From Clostridia bacterium (lineage in GTDB: Bacteria > Bacillota > DSM-521 > Neomoorellales > SLTJ01): a stretch of 64,000 bases of DNA. Every line of letters starts with the position of its first letter. Position 1 is the first letter of the stretch. Shown piece by piece: positions 63,590 to 64,000 of this stretch. Made by a program: the position numbers and the translations under genes. The DNA is taken from contig SLTJ01000024.1 of NCBI GenBank assembly GCA_004347685.1, forward strand, positions 40,622-104,621. Reading direction: 5' to 3'. A model generated the notes under the pieces. It did no database searches. It was not told the DNA's origin and saw only the letters and a list, made by a program, of their open reading frames with translations.

Positions 63590-63964
63590 CTACACCAGTT
63601 CGTCCAAGAGCAGTCCTACCATTTCCTGCATTTGGGAGGCTGTCTTGAGGATGTTGTCCGGCGGGATGCGGCGGATTATCCGGCCTTCTTCCCGGTCAAT
63701 GACCAAGACGTAAATTTCCCCCGTATCCTCGTCCAGTTTGAAGCGCAGGCGGATGTTGAAGATGTCGCTGGTCTGGTTCAACTGCCGCACCGACCGCTCC
63801 AGCTCCTGCCGGAAATCACCGGCCGGCCTCTGCCTTTGCCGCTCTCTCTGTTCCTCCGCTTCGATGCGGACGCGCTCCGTTTCCTGGACAACTGGTTTGG
63901 TAGTTTTCTCCTCTATCCTGTCCAAGACTACCCGGTCTACGCCTTCGACTTTCAAGCCGATCAC
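63590..63964 (-). CDS. flaG: Flagellar protein FlaG
   Basis: NIRLRFKLDEDTGEIYVLVIDREEGRIIRRIPPDNIL. GTG start after AAGGTGAGG. Confidence 0.8.
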   Translation of the reverse strand: MIGLKVEGVDRVVLDRIEEKTTKPVVQETERVRIEAEEQRERQRQRPAGDFRQELERSVRQLNQTSDIFNIRLRFKLDEDTGEIYVLVIDREEGRIIRRIPPDNILKTASQMQEMVGLLLDELV

Positions 63965-63991
63965 CTCACCTTCTTTTGGATGCTACTAGAT

Positions 63992-63999
63992 GTATCGGC
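63992..63999 (-). promoter_or_regulatory. Possible sigma-28 (SigD) -10 box upstream of flaG
   Basis: The minus strand reads GCCGATAC, against a consensus of GCCGATAT. The -35 element would lie beyond the window end. Confidence 0.3.
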
Positions 64000-64000
64000 A

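Overview
This 64-kb, high-GC window appears to come from a motile, spore-forming, anaerobic Firmicute. I infer Clostridia of the Moorella/Desulfotomaculum type from gene content only: an alpha/beta SASP, hdrCBA-flxDCBA, iorAB and selenocysteine use. Almost every real gene is on the minus strand, and most long plus-strand ORFs in the track are antisense artefacts of the high GC content.

The window has three blocks:

1. **Defence island (1-12660).** It is written as one tightly packed minus-strand operon: brxF, a BrxC-like giant ATPase (interrupted by one in-frame TAG), SIR2, HerA, a PglXI-like DNA methyltransferase (split over two frames), a Cmr1-like RAMP, a Cmr6-like RAMP, and a truncated Cas10-like start at the window edge. 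The island sits next to an XRE regulator and a tRNA His-Gln-Lys cluster at 14070-14318. No CRISPR array is visible.

2. **Anaerobic energy and redox housekeeping (14.5-33.2 kb).** This block holds iorAB, an FrhB-like Fe-S protein, a PHP phosphatase, cooC, a GltS-like protein, Fur, a Ca/Na antiporter, hdrCBA-flxDCBA, fdhD and a SASP. Both HdrA and FlxD/MvhD contain in-frame TGA selenocysteine codons, each followed by a candidate SECIS hairpin.

3. **Flagellar/chemotaxis regulon (33.3-64.0 kb).** It runs from flaG and fliS, then flgB through to fliY. It has some unusual ordering, an internally duplicated fliK, and at least one gene (cheC) without a canonical start codon.

Scattered through all three blocks are low-complexity inverted-repeat elements. 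Several of them reach into the 3' ends of genes.

All functional calls come from reading motifs by eye. No database search was run.
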